Below are positions 55,441-64,000 of a stretch of DNA of 64,000 bases, one piece after another. The notes under the pieces were generated by a model. The model was not told the origin of the DNA and did not search any database. It worked only from the letters and a program-made list of their open reading frames with translations. The DNA is from an uncultured virus (IMG/VR IMGVR_UViG_3300032295_003161). Its lineage: Duplodnaviria; Heunggongvirae; Uroviricota; Caudoviricetes. The stretch lies in IMG/VR virus record IMGVR_UViG_3300032295_003161. One strand, given 5' to 3'. Positions within the stretch are counted from its first letter, which is position 1. Every line of letters begins with the position of its first letter. The translations under genes were made by a program, and so were the position numbers.

Positions 55441-56079
55441 TTATTTATTAAATGGTTTTGTAAATTTTTCTTCATTAGGTAATCCACCCCACATTTCAAT
55501 ATAGTTTTGTCTATATTTCATAAAATTACTATTCAAAGATGGGTCTTTCGCTATGGTCATTGAATTTCTATATACTACTGGATTCAAAAAAGAGGTGTTA
55601 AGTCGCTCCATATTTAACAATCTCATTCGGTAGCAATAATCGTTATCATTGTAGTAATTTGGAAAATACTCTTGATTAAATTCGCCTATTTTTTTATATC
55701 CATCTACACTCAAAATAAACGAACACCAATTCATTAATGAATTTATAAAAGGCATTTCTATATTTTGTTTTATCAGTAATTTAATTTCGTGTTCTGTACG
55801 CCCTAAATAAACATCATCATTAAGAACCAATACATGAGTTGCTCCTATTTTTTCTGAATAATCAATAAGCATATTCCAACTGCCAGAAACATTAAGGTTT
55901 TCTTGCGGTCTATAAATCATAAAGTTTTCTTCACGAGTTATAATGTCTTGATTACCATTATCGCAAATAGCAATATGCGTATCTTTAAAATCTTCAAAGT
56001 ATTTAGCCAACGCATCGTTAAGAAGGTCGGCTCTATTGATAGTAGGAATTGCTACTACTAATTTAATTTCTTTATCCAT
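55441..56079 (-). CDS. GT-A (family 2-like) glycosyltransferase
   Basis: VAIPTINRADLL, ICDNG, VLVLNDDV, YYNDNDY. Confidence 0.85.
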   Translation of the reverse strand: MDKEIKLVVAIPTINRADLLNDALAKYFEDFKDTHIAICDNGNQDIITREENFMIYRPQENLNVSGSWNMLIDYSEKIGATHVLVLNDDVYLGRTEHEIKLLIKQNIEMPFINSLMNWCSFILSVDGYKKIGEFNQEYFPNYYNDNDYCYRMRLLNMERLNTSFLNPVVYRNSMTIAKDPSLNSNFMKYRQNYIEMWGGLPNEEKFTKPFNK

Positions 56080-56081
56080 TA

Positions 56082-56492
56082 CTATTTTAATTTATTCATT
56101 TGAACTCGTGAAACTTCCCAATCTTGTTCGGTGTATTTTACAAGTATTTTGTCAATTTCTTTATTTACTTTTTCATTTAATTCAAAAAGAGAAATTTTAA
56201 ATTCTGATTCTGAAATATGTTCGTTATCTTTTAATAAAAATAAAGTTAATTTTGCTTTTTCTAAATCTTTTGAAAACTTATAAGGCAATAAAAATCCTTG
56301 ATTAAAAAGGTGTTTTTGTAAGCATATTTTAGGATTAAAAACAACATTAACATCTATGTCAATATTTGAATTTGGTTTTTTTAAATCTTCTAATAATTCC
56401 AAAGAAACAATTCTACCTTTTTTAGTTTTAATCATTTGTAGCTTGTTAGCCTTGTACTGCTCTTGGTATGAGCCTAAAGTTAGTTTTTCCAT
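56082..56492 (-). CDS. hypothetical protein
   Basis: 136 aa ORF in operon. Confidence 0.7.
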   Translation of the reverse strand: MEKLTLGSYQEQYKANKLQMIKTKKGRIVSLELLEDLKKPNSNIDIDVNVVFNPKICLQKHLFNQGFLLPYKFSKDLEKAKLTLFLLKDNEHISESEFKISLFELNEKVNKEIDKILVKYTEQDWEVSRVQMNKLK

Positions 56493-56510
56493 TTTGTGTG
56501 TTTTTTGGTT

Positions 56511-56813
56511 CTATAATATTAATCCAGTTTCGAGGTCAACCATTAGTTGAGCATTTTTCTTTTGTGTTATTTTTATGAAATCAATTTGAGCCGTAGTGTA
56601 ATATTTATCGTTGAATTTTTTTGAGTACAAATGATAATTTATCTTTACCACATCTCCGACTTCTAAACCTATTTGATTAATAAGTCTTTTTTGTTCATCA
56701 TAAGCAGAAAAGCATATAGGTAAATAAGCATTATTCCATTTTTTACGAATAACAACTTGAGTAGTCCAATCATTAGACTTAATAATACTTATTACTTTTC
56801 CACTTTCTACCAT
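56511..56813 (-). CDS. OB-fold single-stranded DNA-binding-like protein (DUF3127-like)
   Basis: GKVISI..W..Q..VGDVVKINY.L.SKKFNDKYYT. Confidence 0.6.
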   Translation of the reverse strand: MVESGKVISIIKSNDWTTQVVIRKKWNNAYLPICFSAYDEQKRLINQIGLEVGDVVKINYHLYSKKFNDKYYTTAQIDFIKITQKKNAQLMVDLETGLIL

Positions 56814-56854
56814 AATATAATACAATTTATTATTTCAAATATAAAATATTTTAT

Positions 56855-57688
56855 TTAATAATCAATCATTTGGTATGTTAATTTATCAACAATAGGTTGA
56901 ATATCAACTTCTTTTAGCCAAAGATTAACAACATATTCCCTTGCGTATTTTTTTACTTTATCTTCTTCTTCAAAGTTTAAATCAGACAATGTTTTATAAG
57001 AATGGTGTTTTATGGTTGCTTCCATATATCGTTTCTTTTTTTCATCTGAAAACCTTTTTTTACCATATTCTAAAGCATCGTTTTGAACGTGTTTAGGTAT
57101 TGCAACTAATTTACTATTTCTTATAAATCCATAAACAATATCCCCAGCATCAATATAGTTTTCTTTTTTGGAGGTTTCTTTAGCGTACAATAGTAGCTTT
57201 TTGAAATTAGCCAACCTTTCGTCTTTATTAATTGGTTTTGGTTTTGTGCTTTCTATTTTTTGCAATTCTTCCCTTACCTTGAACAAAACCTTGAATTTAT
57301 AATCTTGATAAGCGTGAAGTACTTTAGAGCAATACATTATACTCAAACTACCATACGCTTCCGCATCAGTTTCTAATCTACCATTTACCAAAAGAGTTAT
57401 CAGTTCGTTTAAATCAACATCGTTGAAGTTTGGAAAACTCTCTCTAATGTAATTAGCAATACTGTTTAAATCAAGTGCTTCTGGTTGCTTTGCTCCAATG
57501 TACTTTGCCCATTTAGTAATCAAGGCGTTCATTAGTAACAAGTCTTTTTCAGTAGAGTATTCTTTAAACTTTTTGTTAGATAAACTTGCGTTGTAAATAC
57601 CAACTTGGCTTTGACTTACATTTTTTATTTGATTTGGATTAACCAGTTGTATTCCAACCGAGTTCTGTTGCTTTACTAACTTGTTCAT
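56855..57688 (-). CDS. hypothetical replication-module protein
   Basis: 277 aa ORF overlapping replisome-organiser-like gene. Confidence 0.7.
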   Translation of the reverse strand: MNKLVKQQNSVGIQLVNPNQIKNVSQSQVGIYNASLSNKKFKEYSTEKDLLLMNALITKWAKYIGAKQPEALDLNSIANYIRESFPNFNDVDLNELITLLVNGRLETDAEAYGSLSIMYCSKVLHAYQDYKFKVLFKVREELQKIESTKPKPINKDERLANFKKLLLYAKETSKKENYIDAGDIVYGFIRNSKLVAIPKHVQNDALEYGKKRFSDEKKKRYMEATIKHHSYKTLSDLNFEEEDKVKKYAREYVVNLWLKEVDIQPIVDKLTYQMIDY

Positions 57689-58280
57689 AGGCTATATCTT
57701 GATTTGTTTTTATTGTAATAATTTGATTCAAATAACTATCGAATTTATTTCCAAAAAGTGTTTCTGGTCGAAGGAATTTTTGAAAATCTGTACCAATCCA
57801 TTCTGTTGACTTATTATCAATTACTTTATAAAAATCTTCTATTTTGTAACCAGCTTTTAGCCTTGCATTTATAAAAGTTCTATAAGAATTAGTTTGTGAT
57901 TTATAAGCCGTTCCTGCTTTCTGATTTAGATAAGAAATTATGCTATCATAAACCTCATCCATATTAATTTCAGTTTCAACTTTTTCAACTTGTTTTTTTA
58001 TAGTTTTTTCTGCTTTTGGCTTGGTTTCTTTTTTTACAATTTCTGTTCTACAAATAGTTAATTTTCCGTAATTTAATTCAATAGATTCGCTTGGTATAAT
58101 TTCATTCCATAATTTCATTCCAAAAGTTATAATTCGGTAATATTGGCTTTTAGATAAATCTAATCTCCTATGAAGCTCTATGGTGTTTTTTTCTTCCAGT
58201 CTAAAAAGAATTGACAACCAAACTTCATAATATATTTTACCTTTCTTTTGCAAGGCTTTTATAAAACTAATATACTCCAT
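57639..58280 (-). CDS. replisome-organiser-like protein with conserved phage C-terminal domain
   Basis: IISYLNQKAGTAYK..ARLKAGY..FLRPETLFGNKFDSYLNQ. Confidence 0.85.
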   Translation of the reverse strand: MEYISFIKALQKKGKIYYEVWLSILFRLEEKNTIELHRRLDLSKSQYYRIITFGMKLWNEIIPSESIELNYGKLTICRTEIVKKETKPKAEKTIKKQVEKVETEINMDEVYDSIISYLNQKAGTAYKSQTNSYRTFINARLKAGYKIEDFYKVIDNKSTEWIGTDFQKFLRPETLFGNKFDSYLNQIITIKTNQDIAYEQVSKATELGWNTTG

Positions 58281-58281
58281 A

Positions 58282-58509
58282 TTAATCTACAATATCGTCA
58301 ATTGGAACATCTAAAGCATTTGCTATTAATACTGCTGTATTAATGTGGTAATTTTTTCTTTTACCATTAATCATTTCGTTAAGGATATACATAGTAACTT
58401 TATTACCATCATTCTCTTTTATGATTAATTCGTACAAGTCTTTTTGCGACATTCCACGTTTAGCTAATATCTGATATAGCTTTGTTACTTTTTTTTCTAT
58501 TATCGGCAT
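58282..58509 (-). CDS. XRE-family HTH regulator
   Basis: LAKRGMSQKDL...IANALDVPIDDI. Confidence 0.8.
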   Translation of the reverse strand: MPIIEKKVTKLYQILAKRGMSQKDLYELIIKENDGNKVTMYILNEMINGKRKNYHINTAVLIANALDVPIDDIVD

Positions 58510-58513
58510 GGTT

Positions 58514-58729
58514 TTATATTTTAAAGGTGTCAAGTGCTTTTATGTGGTTTTTAGTTTCTTGAAGTTCATTGTATGCTTCTAAAAACTTTTTTTCTCCATT
58601 GTTAACCAAAAAGTCAGCAACTTTTGTCTGAATTTGATAATATGTTTTTTGGTTCTGATTTCTGAATAATAATTCGGACATTGAACTTAAAGTGTCAAAT
58701 GTTACTGCTGTAATTTTTTTATAAGCCAT
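58514..58729 (-). CDS. hypothetical protein
   Basis: Start probably MAYKK. Confidence 0.6.
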   Translation of the reverse strand: MAYKKITAVTFDTLSSMSELLFRNQNQKTYYQIQTKVADFLVNNGEKKFLEAYNELQETKNHIKALDTFKI

Positions 58730-59108
58730 TTGGATAGTATTTATAAGATTTTGCTTTTTTGTCAAAAACAATTTTCATGTTTTTTTTGTTTTTCAACATA
58801 AAAACTTTTTTAGCATAATATTGTCTTTCTTTTCTGGACATTTCTTTTGTTTCCAAAGTTCCATTAGCAACAAGCCATTTTTTTAATTCAGAAATTGTTA
58901 GTCTTGGGTCAATTACAAGTGGTTTTGGTCTTTTAGTGCAAACCTCTAACTTGTTAGAAATTTCTTCGTGAATAACTTTGATTTCTTTTACTGAATTTTC
59001 AATTGATTGAAGTTGTTTAACTTCATCTTGAATGGTAACTTGTGTTTGTTCTACGTTTGGCGTTTCCTTACAAAACAGCCAATTAATAAATCTAAAAATT
59101 ATTTTCAT
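58719..59108 (-). CDS. hypothetical protein
   Basis: 129 aa ORF behind promoter block 59131-59169. Confidence 0.65.
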   Translation of the reverse strand: MKIIFRFINWLFCKETPNVEQTQVTIQDEVKQLQSIENSVKEIKVIHEEISNKLEVCTKRPKPLVIDPRLTISELKKWLVANGTLETKEMSRKERQYYAKKVFMLKNKKNMKIVFDKKAKSYKYYPNGL

Positions 59109-59184
59109 TTTTTTTGTTTTAGTTAATCCTTCAAAAGTATAAAATATTATATTAAATACAAAATATTATATTTAATAAAACGTA

Positions 59185-60147
59185 TTATTTTAAAGATTTT
59201 AAAGTTGCTTCGATATTTTTTCTCAATTGGTCTGGAATAATAAAGTTTAATGCGGTTTCTAAAGTTGTTTTCATATTCGTATGTTCCGCTTTTAAAATAT
59301 CTATTTCAGATTGATAAGACTTCACATTAGAAGATGCAATGGCTTCAAATTCTAAAGATTTTTTAGTTAATACCGTAACCTTTTTTTCTGTCTTTGCAAC
59401 TTGTTTCTGCAACTCGGCATTTTGCTTTGCCAACAACTCTTTTTGATTGTCATCTTGTTGTTTACGGTCTTTTAATCTATTGAATATTTCTTGGAATTGT
59501 TCTTCAGTAGTATCAGAATAAATTACATCATCTTCGTTTACAATAAAAAAAGAATAGGGTGCTAATTTCATTTTTCTTTCAGCATACAACTTGGTTCTTT
59601 TTTCTGTTTCTTCTTGCTCCAGTCTTATTTTTTCTTGCTCTTTTTGATAATTTTCAAGCGACATTTTTCCACCATTTAAAATAGTATTAAAAGCAACCTC
59701 CGACATAGTACTTAAATCAAAAGCATCTAAATCTAAAACTTGTAAATATGGTTTTAGTAACTCTAATCGGTCTGCTTTAAGTTTTGCCTTTCTCAAATGC
59801 TCTTTTGTTTCAGCATACTTTTCTTGAATTTCTAAATGGTCTTCAGCTGGTTCTATAACAGCGAATAATCTTTTGGCAAGGCTATCAATAAATCTACCTT
59901 CTAACAAAGACTGCTCTTTAAGGCGTTTGCGTGTCTTTTCAATCTCAACTCGCTTTGCTTTTAAAAGAAGTCTGCCTTCTCTGGCTTGTTGCATTAAATC
60001 TACTTGACTTTCATCGCTAACGACAATATCGTATGCTTTTTTATTCCATTCGTTTGCTATATCCTCGTATTCTTTGAATTTAGCATCAATTGATAATACG
60101 ACCTCTCTTGGTAATCCGTTTTCCATTAGTTCTTGTTCTTGGTTCAT
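59185..60147 (-). CDS. coiled-coil phage protein
   Basis: AREGRLLLKAKRVEIEKTRKRLKE..IDSLAKRL. Confidence 0.75.
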   Translation of the reverse strand: MNQEQELMENGLPREVVLSIDAKFKEYEDIANEWNKKAYDIVVSDESQVDLMQQAREGRLLLKAKRVEIEKTRKRLKEQSLLEGRFIDSLAKRLFAVIEPAEDHLEIQEKYAETKEHLRKAKLKADRLELLKPYLQVLDLDAFDLSTMSEVAFNTILNGGKMSLENYQKEQEKIRLEQEETEKRTKLYAERKMKLAPYSFFIVNEDDVIYSDTTEEQFQEIFNRLKDRKQQDDNQKELLAKQNAELQKQVAKTEKKVTVLTKKSLEFEAIASSNVKSYQSEIDILKAEHTNMKTTLETALNFIIPDQLRKNIEATLKSLK

Positions 60148-60380
60148 TTTTTAGGTAATTTAAAGTGTGCATTAATATTAAATAATACTCTATTTTTTGT
60201 TTCTTGGTAACTTTTATTGTTTCGTATTTCTTGATGACTGTAAACTACTTCAACTTGTTTTTCTAAAAGACTTTTTAAAAGCTCTCTATTAGGGTTTAAT
60301 TTTCTACCATCATCCATTGCTTCTAATAACAACTCGGAGCATACCGCTATTGTTTTTAATCTCAATTCGTGTGTTATCAT
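60144..60380 (-). CDS. hypothetical protein
   Basis: 78 aa ORF, ATGA overlap. Confidence 0.6.
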   Translation of the reverse strand: MITHELRLKTIAVCSELLLEAMDDGRKLNPNRELLKSLLEKQVEVVYSHQEIRNNKSYQETKNRVLFNINAHFKLPKK

Positions 60381-60548
60381 TTTACTTTATTTTTCAATTT
60401 TAAAATGTCTTTAATACTTGTTTGTCCTTTTTTCTTGTCAACAACCTCAATTACTGAAATTACTTTTTCAAGCAAATCTTTATGAAGTTCTATGCTCAAC
60501 AATTTTAAACCATAATTAACATACTGAATTTTTTCTTCTGGTGTCATA

Positions 60549-60731
60549 CTAATTAATTTCTTGAATAAATCTTATTTTTGAACTTGGATTATTTCTTCTA
60601 AATCGCATATAAGCATCGTCAAAATCTCCTGCTTCAATTTCTTTTTCTACATCTTCCCATTGGTCGTTTCTATACTTCCAATAACCGACAAGCCACTTTC
60701 TCATTTTAGTTTGTTTATTTGCTTGTTCCAC
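60549..60731 (-). CDS. hypothetical protein
   Basis: Short ORF in operon; start may be MRKWL. Confidence 0.55.
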   Translation of the reverse strand: MEQANKQTKMRKWLVGYWKYRNDQWEDVEKEIEAGDFDDAYMRFRRNNPSSKIRFIQEIN

Positions 60732-60973
60732 AATCTTTTTTCATCTAAATACACTTCCATTAACGAATGAATATTAACTGGATTTTTTCTGCTTACTCCT
60801 ATTCTGCTTTCGCCATAATAGTTGCCATCTTCGTCTTGCTGAACTTGGTACTCTTTCCATAAAGCAAAGTCTTTTGCAAAGTCTTTTGCAACTTCTACCA
60901 ATTCTTTTACTTTAGTCTTTTCTGAAGCATTGGCATTTACCCATGCTTGAATTTTATCTTCTATATTACTCAT
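60701..60973 (-). CDS. hypothetical protein
   Basis: 90 aa ORF. Confidence 0.65.
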   Translation of the reverse strand: MSNIEDKIQAWVNANASEKTKVKELVEVAKDFAKDFALWKEYQVQQDEDGNYYGESRIGVSRKNPVNIHSLMEVYLDEKRLWNKQINKLK

Positions 60974-61404
60974 TGTTTTAAAATTAAATCATCATAAGCT
61001 TTTTGTGTAAAATCATAAAATTTTTTTGTAAAATCATAATCATAATCTAACTTACCATTATTTATTAAATCAATATAAATATTTGCAAGTGTAAAAAGTT
61101 TATTTGATTTATATTCTTCTAAATTATAACCAATTCGTATATAAATTTCTTCTTGAAAAGTACCTTTTAAAAAAATAGAATATTTTATATATAATTTCCC
61201 AAAAAGCAAATCATAATCCATAGAGAAATTAATTTCTAAATTTTCTTTTTTATCATTTTTTATGCAATAAAGTAATACTAAAAAATGGCTCATTTGAATA
61301 CTTTGCTTTGTATAAAAAATATTATGTTTTTTTAAGTATTTTTTGGCTTCACAATTATCTTCTAATTTTTTAATTGATTCTGCAAATTCTTTAAAATCAT
61401 CCAT
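60970..61404 (-). CDS. hypothetical protein
   Basis: 144 aa AT-rich ORF. Confidence 0.6.
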   Translation of the reverse strand: MDDFKEFAESIKKLEDNCEAKKYLKKHNIFYTKQSIQMSHFLVLLYCIKNDKKENLEINFSMDYDLLFGKLYIKYSIFLKGTFQEEIYIRIGYNLEEYKSNKLFTLANIYIDLINNGKLDYDYDFTKKFYDFTQKAYDDLILKQ

Positions 61405-61413
61405 AGTTTTATT

Positions 61414-62157
61414 TTATTTTTTTATAAAATTCAAATAGTCATTAATTTTACGTTTTGTTTCTTCAGAAAATGTTTTTTGTTGCAATACCCAATCCACATA
61501 TTTCATATCGGTTTCTATTGGCTTATTAGCATATTTTCCAAAATTCCAATAAACCACACCTTGTTCATCTGTAAACATCTTATTAGATAAATCATATCTT
61601 TTTTTCAATCGATAAAAGTTTTCCATTTCTTCTGGCGTAACTTCATCTTTGCCTTCGTATTGGTGGAATAAAATCTCAACTGTTGCATCTACATCTGCTA
61701 TGGCGGAATGGGCATCTTCTAAAGTCTTTCCAGTATATCTTTTGTAAACATCAGAAAGCTTACTTGGGCGTAATAGTTTTTCAATTCGATAAACATCTAC
61801 TGTATTCATTTCCCAATCCCCAAATACAATTCCACATCTTGAGAACTCCTCAACCAAAATAGGTATGTCGTAGTTATCTGAATTAAAACCTCCAATATCG
61901 CAACCATAAAAGAAAGCATATAAGGATTTTGATAACTCAATGAATCTTGGTTTACCTTGTACCTTATCATCTGTAATGCTATGCACATCACTTGCTTCTT
62001 TTGGTATTGGTATTGTTGGATTGATTAAAGAATGTTTTTCTGTTCGAGTTCCATCAATATCAATTTTTACACAAGCTATTTCTACTACTCTTGCTGTTGA
62101 AACATCTAAACCAGTTGTTTCCAAATCAAAAAATATAATAGGTCTTTTAAGTATCAT
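61414..62157 (-). CDS. DEDDh 3'-5' exonuclease (Pol III epsilon-like)
   Basis: FFDLETTG, GFNSDNYD, AHSAIADV; C-terminal NFGKY. Confidence 0.92.
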   Translation of the reverse strand: MILKRPIIFFDLETTGLDVSTARVVEIACVKIDIDGTRTEKHSLINPTIPIPKEASDVHSITDDKVQGKPRFIELSKSLYAFFYGCDIGGFNSDNYDIPILVEEFSRCGIVFGDWEMNTVDVYRIEKLLRPSKLSDVYKRYTGKTLEDAHSAIADVDATVEILFHQYEGKDEVTPEEMENFYRLKKRYDLSNKMFTDEQGVVYWNFGKYANKPIETDMKYVDWVLQQKTFSEETKRKINDYLNFIKK

Positions 62158-62158
62158 A

Positions 62159-62557
62159 CTATTTAATCTTTTTCATTTTTAATTCATAAGGAAAGCGAGA
62201 TAAAACTACTGGTAATTGTGGAGTATATCTACCATCTTCTGTAAATTCTATTTCATCTCCGCTACTTTTAAAAATAACATATATTGTAATAAAAGAACTG
62301 TATTTAATTGTTTCTTCAACTATTCCTTCAATATTACCCCAATAAACAACATCGCCTACTTTAAACTTTTTGTTTTTTTTCTTTTTTTCTTTTTTACCGC
62401 AATCTGGATTATTCATACAATCTTCAATTGCTTTTGCAATTTCGTAATCTGACATTACTTGTGGCTTTTCTTTTGCTTTTTCTGTTTTTACAACATCAGT
62501 TAATTCTTCTAATTGTGTTGATAATAAGTTTTTAAATTCGTTTGTGAAAATTTCCAT
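62159..62557 (-). CDS. hypothetical protein
   Basis: FKVGDVVY...FTEDGRY. Confidence 0.7.
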   Translation of the reverse strand: MEIFTNEFKNLLSTQLEELTDVVKTEKAKEKPQVMSDYEIAKAIEDCMNNPDCGKKEKKKKNKKFKVGDVVYWGNIEGIVEETIKYSSFITIYVIFKSSGDEIEFTEDGRYTPQLPVVLSRFPYELKMKKIK

Positions 62558-62559
62558 TT

Positions 62560-62874
62560 TTATTTGTTTTTAGTGTTTAAAAAATATAGTTCGTGATTAA
62601 TTCCTTCTCTCTTTTGAATTTGGTTTTTTTCTTGTAAATATTCCAAAGCTTGTTCTATTTCTTCAAAAGAAAAAAGACTTCTCAATTGTATGATAGAAAG
62701 TCCATTATCTCCATTAGTTATTTTGTGGTTTTCTCTAACTTTTTTGAGAAGGTTTTTTTTGAGAAAATAAGAAGTTAGTTCTTGGTCTGGAACATAGTTT
62801 AATAGTTTTGTATAAAAAGCGTTTTCTTCTACTGAAATTACTTCTCCATCTGCTGTTATAAATTCTTGTATCAT
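62560..62874 (-). CDS. hypothetical protein (possible winged helix)
   Basis: 104 aa ORF ending KREGINHELYF. Confidence 0.6.
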   Translation of the reverse strand: MIQEFITADGEVISVEENAFYTKLLNYVPDQELTSYFLKKNLLKKVRENHKITNGDNGLSIIQLRSLFSFEEIEQALEYLQEKNQIQKREGINHELYFLNTKNK

Positions 62875-62965
62875 ATTTGAAAAATTATAGAAACTATAAC
62901 TCTTAATAAAAAATAAAGTGCAACAAGCATTATAATTGCATTATATATTTTTTGTGTTTTTTTCA

Positions 62966-63175
62966 TTATGTCAACGCTATTATTTGTCCGTTAATCCATT
63001 GACTATAATTTTTTGGATTTCCATATTTTTCTAAATTATCTAAATTCCTTTTATAGTAATCTTTATAACCTTCTTGACAATCTATAACAAAATTATCAAA
63101 AGACCCTTTTTCCCCACAAGCGATAAATAAACATTTTAAATCTTCGTTATCAATTTTAAAGATAATTTTTTCCAT
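62966..63175 (-). CDS. hypothetical protein
   Basis: 69 aa ORF behind repeated promoter. Confidence 0.6.
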   Translation of the reverse strand: MEKIIFKIDNEDLKCLFIACGEKGSFDNFVIDCQEGYKDYYKRNLDNLEKYGNPKNYSQWINGQIIALT

Positions 63176-63243
63176 TTTTTTTTATATGTTTTAAAGTTCA
63201 AGTCAAAAGTATAAAATATTATTTTAAATACAAAATATTATTT
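63169..63243 (-). promoter_or_regulatory. repeated promoter/leader block (near-identical to 51211-51284)
   Basis: ~74 bp repeat differing by one T in a homopolymer. Confidence 0.75.
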
Positions 63244-63256
63244 ATAATAATTTATA

Positions 63257-63637
63257 TTATTTATAAAACTCTATCAACCAACCTTGTGCAATTATAATTC
63301 TTAACATTTCAGATTCGTCAAATAGTTGAATTAAAACTTCATCTCCAGAAGAAACATCTACTGCTTTAATTAATTGTGTTTTATCTCCATCAGTTGTTTC
63401 AACTTTTTCAACACTACCATAAGGCTTGTATTTAATTGTTTTACCATCTTGGTAATACAAACATATATATCCAGTATTCTTTTCATTAAAAACAACCAAT
63501 AGGTCTGTTTTTTGTAATTCCATAATAACACCATCTTCTTTTGTGTTATATGACTTATATGTTTTTGTAAAAGTTTCTTTTTGAGCATAGTTTGTAAACG
63601 ATACAAACAACAATGCAATTAATAATAGTTTTTTCAT
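63257..63637 (-). CDS. secreted protein with Bacteroidetes-type signal peptide
   Basis: MKKLLLIALLFVSFTNYAQ. Confidence 0.75.
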   Translation of the reverse strand: MKKLLLIALLFVSFTNYAQKETFTKTYKSYNTKEDGVIMELQKTDLLVVFNEKNTGYICLYYQDGKTIKYKPYGSVEKVETTDGDKTQLIKAVDVSSGDEVLIQLFDESEMLRIIIAQGWLIEFYK

Positions 63638-63642
63638 TTTAT

Positions 63643-63879
63643 TTATTTTTTAAATTGTTCTAAAGTTTCTTTTAATAAATCTAATTGTTCAATATTAGTA
63701 TTCCCAAACTTATATTGCATAAGCATTGTTTGTGTAAAATTTAAAACTTCTTCCTCACTATAACCTTTCTGTTGCTTTTCAATTTCTTTGGCTTGTTCAA
63801 TAATTTCTATTTGATTTAAAGTTGGATTTCTTAATTCAAATAACTGTTCTACTAAAAACTCTACTGCTGTTTGTTTCAT
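63643..63879 (-). CDS. hypothetical phage protein (MKQTAVE family)
   Basis: MKQTAVEFL...EQAKEIEKQQ..YSEEEV. Confidence 0.7.
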   Translation of the reverse strand: MKQTAVEFLVEQLFELRNPTLNQIEIIEQAKEIEKQQKGYSEEEVLNFTQTMLMQYKFGNTNIEQLDLLKETLEQFKK

Positions 63880-64000
63880 CTTATTTCTTTTTAATTTGTT
63901 TAACGAATACATCTAAACAAGATTTACTAAAGTTTTGCTCTTGTAGCATAAATTTTCTAAAAGCATCTAAATCTTCCTCACTATAACTTCTTTCTTGTTT

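Noticed and set aside
10970..62452. + strand ORF-track entries in the - arm (e.g. 23055-23651, 28881-29189, 40678-40947)
   Set aside because: Antisense to coherent operon genes, with shadow-like composition and no promoters.
1..64000. tRNA/rRNA genes, integrase, alternative genetic code
   Set aside because: No cloverleaf or rRNA-like segment seen by eye, no recombinase motif, and genes read intact with TAA, TAG and TGA all used as stops.

Overview
AT-rich, gene-dense viral genome segment with no host housekeeping genes, rRNA or tRNA. Bacteroidetes-type promoters (TTTG-N19-TAnnTTTG) point to a Bacteroidota (Flavobacterium-like) host. Layout: repeat-rich non-coding left end (1-~660); + strand arm (716-8791) with HTH proteins, YopX, an integron-like cassette, a miniature PolB-like protein, a PD-(D/E)XK nuclease and RecT; a bidirectional terminator (~8890-8918); then an almost entirely - strand arm. 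That arm carries replication and accessory genes (DEDDh exonuclease, replisome-organiser-like protein, SSB-like protein), glycosyl/acyltransferases, three NUMOD4-HNH genes and a ~40 kb virion/lysis region. No terminase, portal, HK97 capsid, tape measure or tail gene is recognisable in the window. Instead there is an A32/FtsK-HerA-type packaging ATPase, a ~234 aa beta-rich putative major capsid protein with three paralogs, and more than 30 small single-TM proteins, suggesting an unusually large tailless, membrane-containing dsDNA virus. Highlights: (i) putative virion-cargo polyproteins punctuated by [FYLM]xxGG motifs, a second [FY]xNAxG motif in structural proteins, and two candidate proteases; (ii) three tandem ADP-ribosyltransferase-like genes with constant ends and swapped cores; (iii) a covarying kissing-loop RNA leader between promoter and start codon of all three NUMOD4-HNH genes. 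All family assignments come from motif recognition by eye, not database searches.
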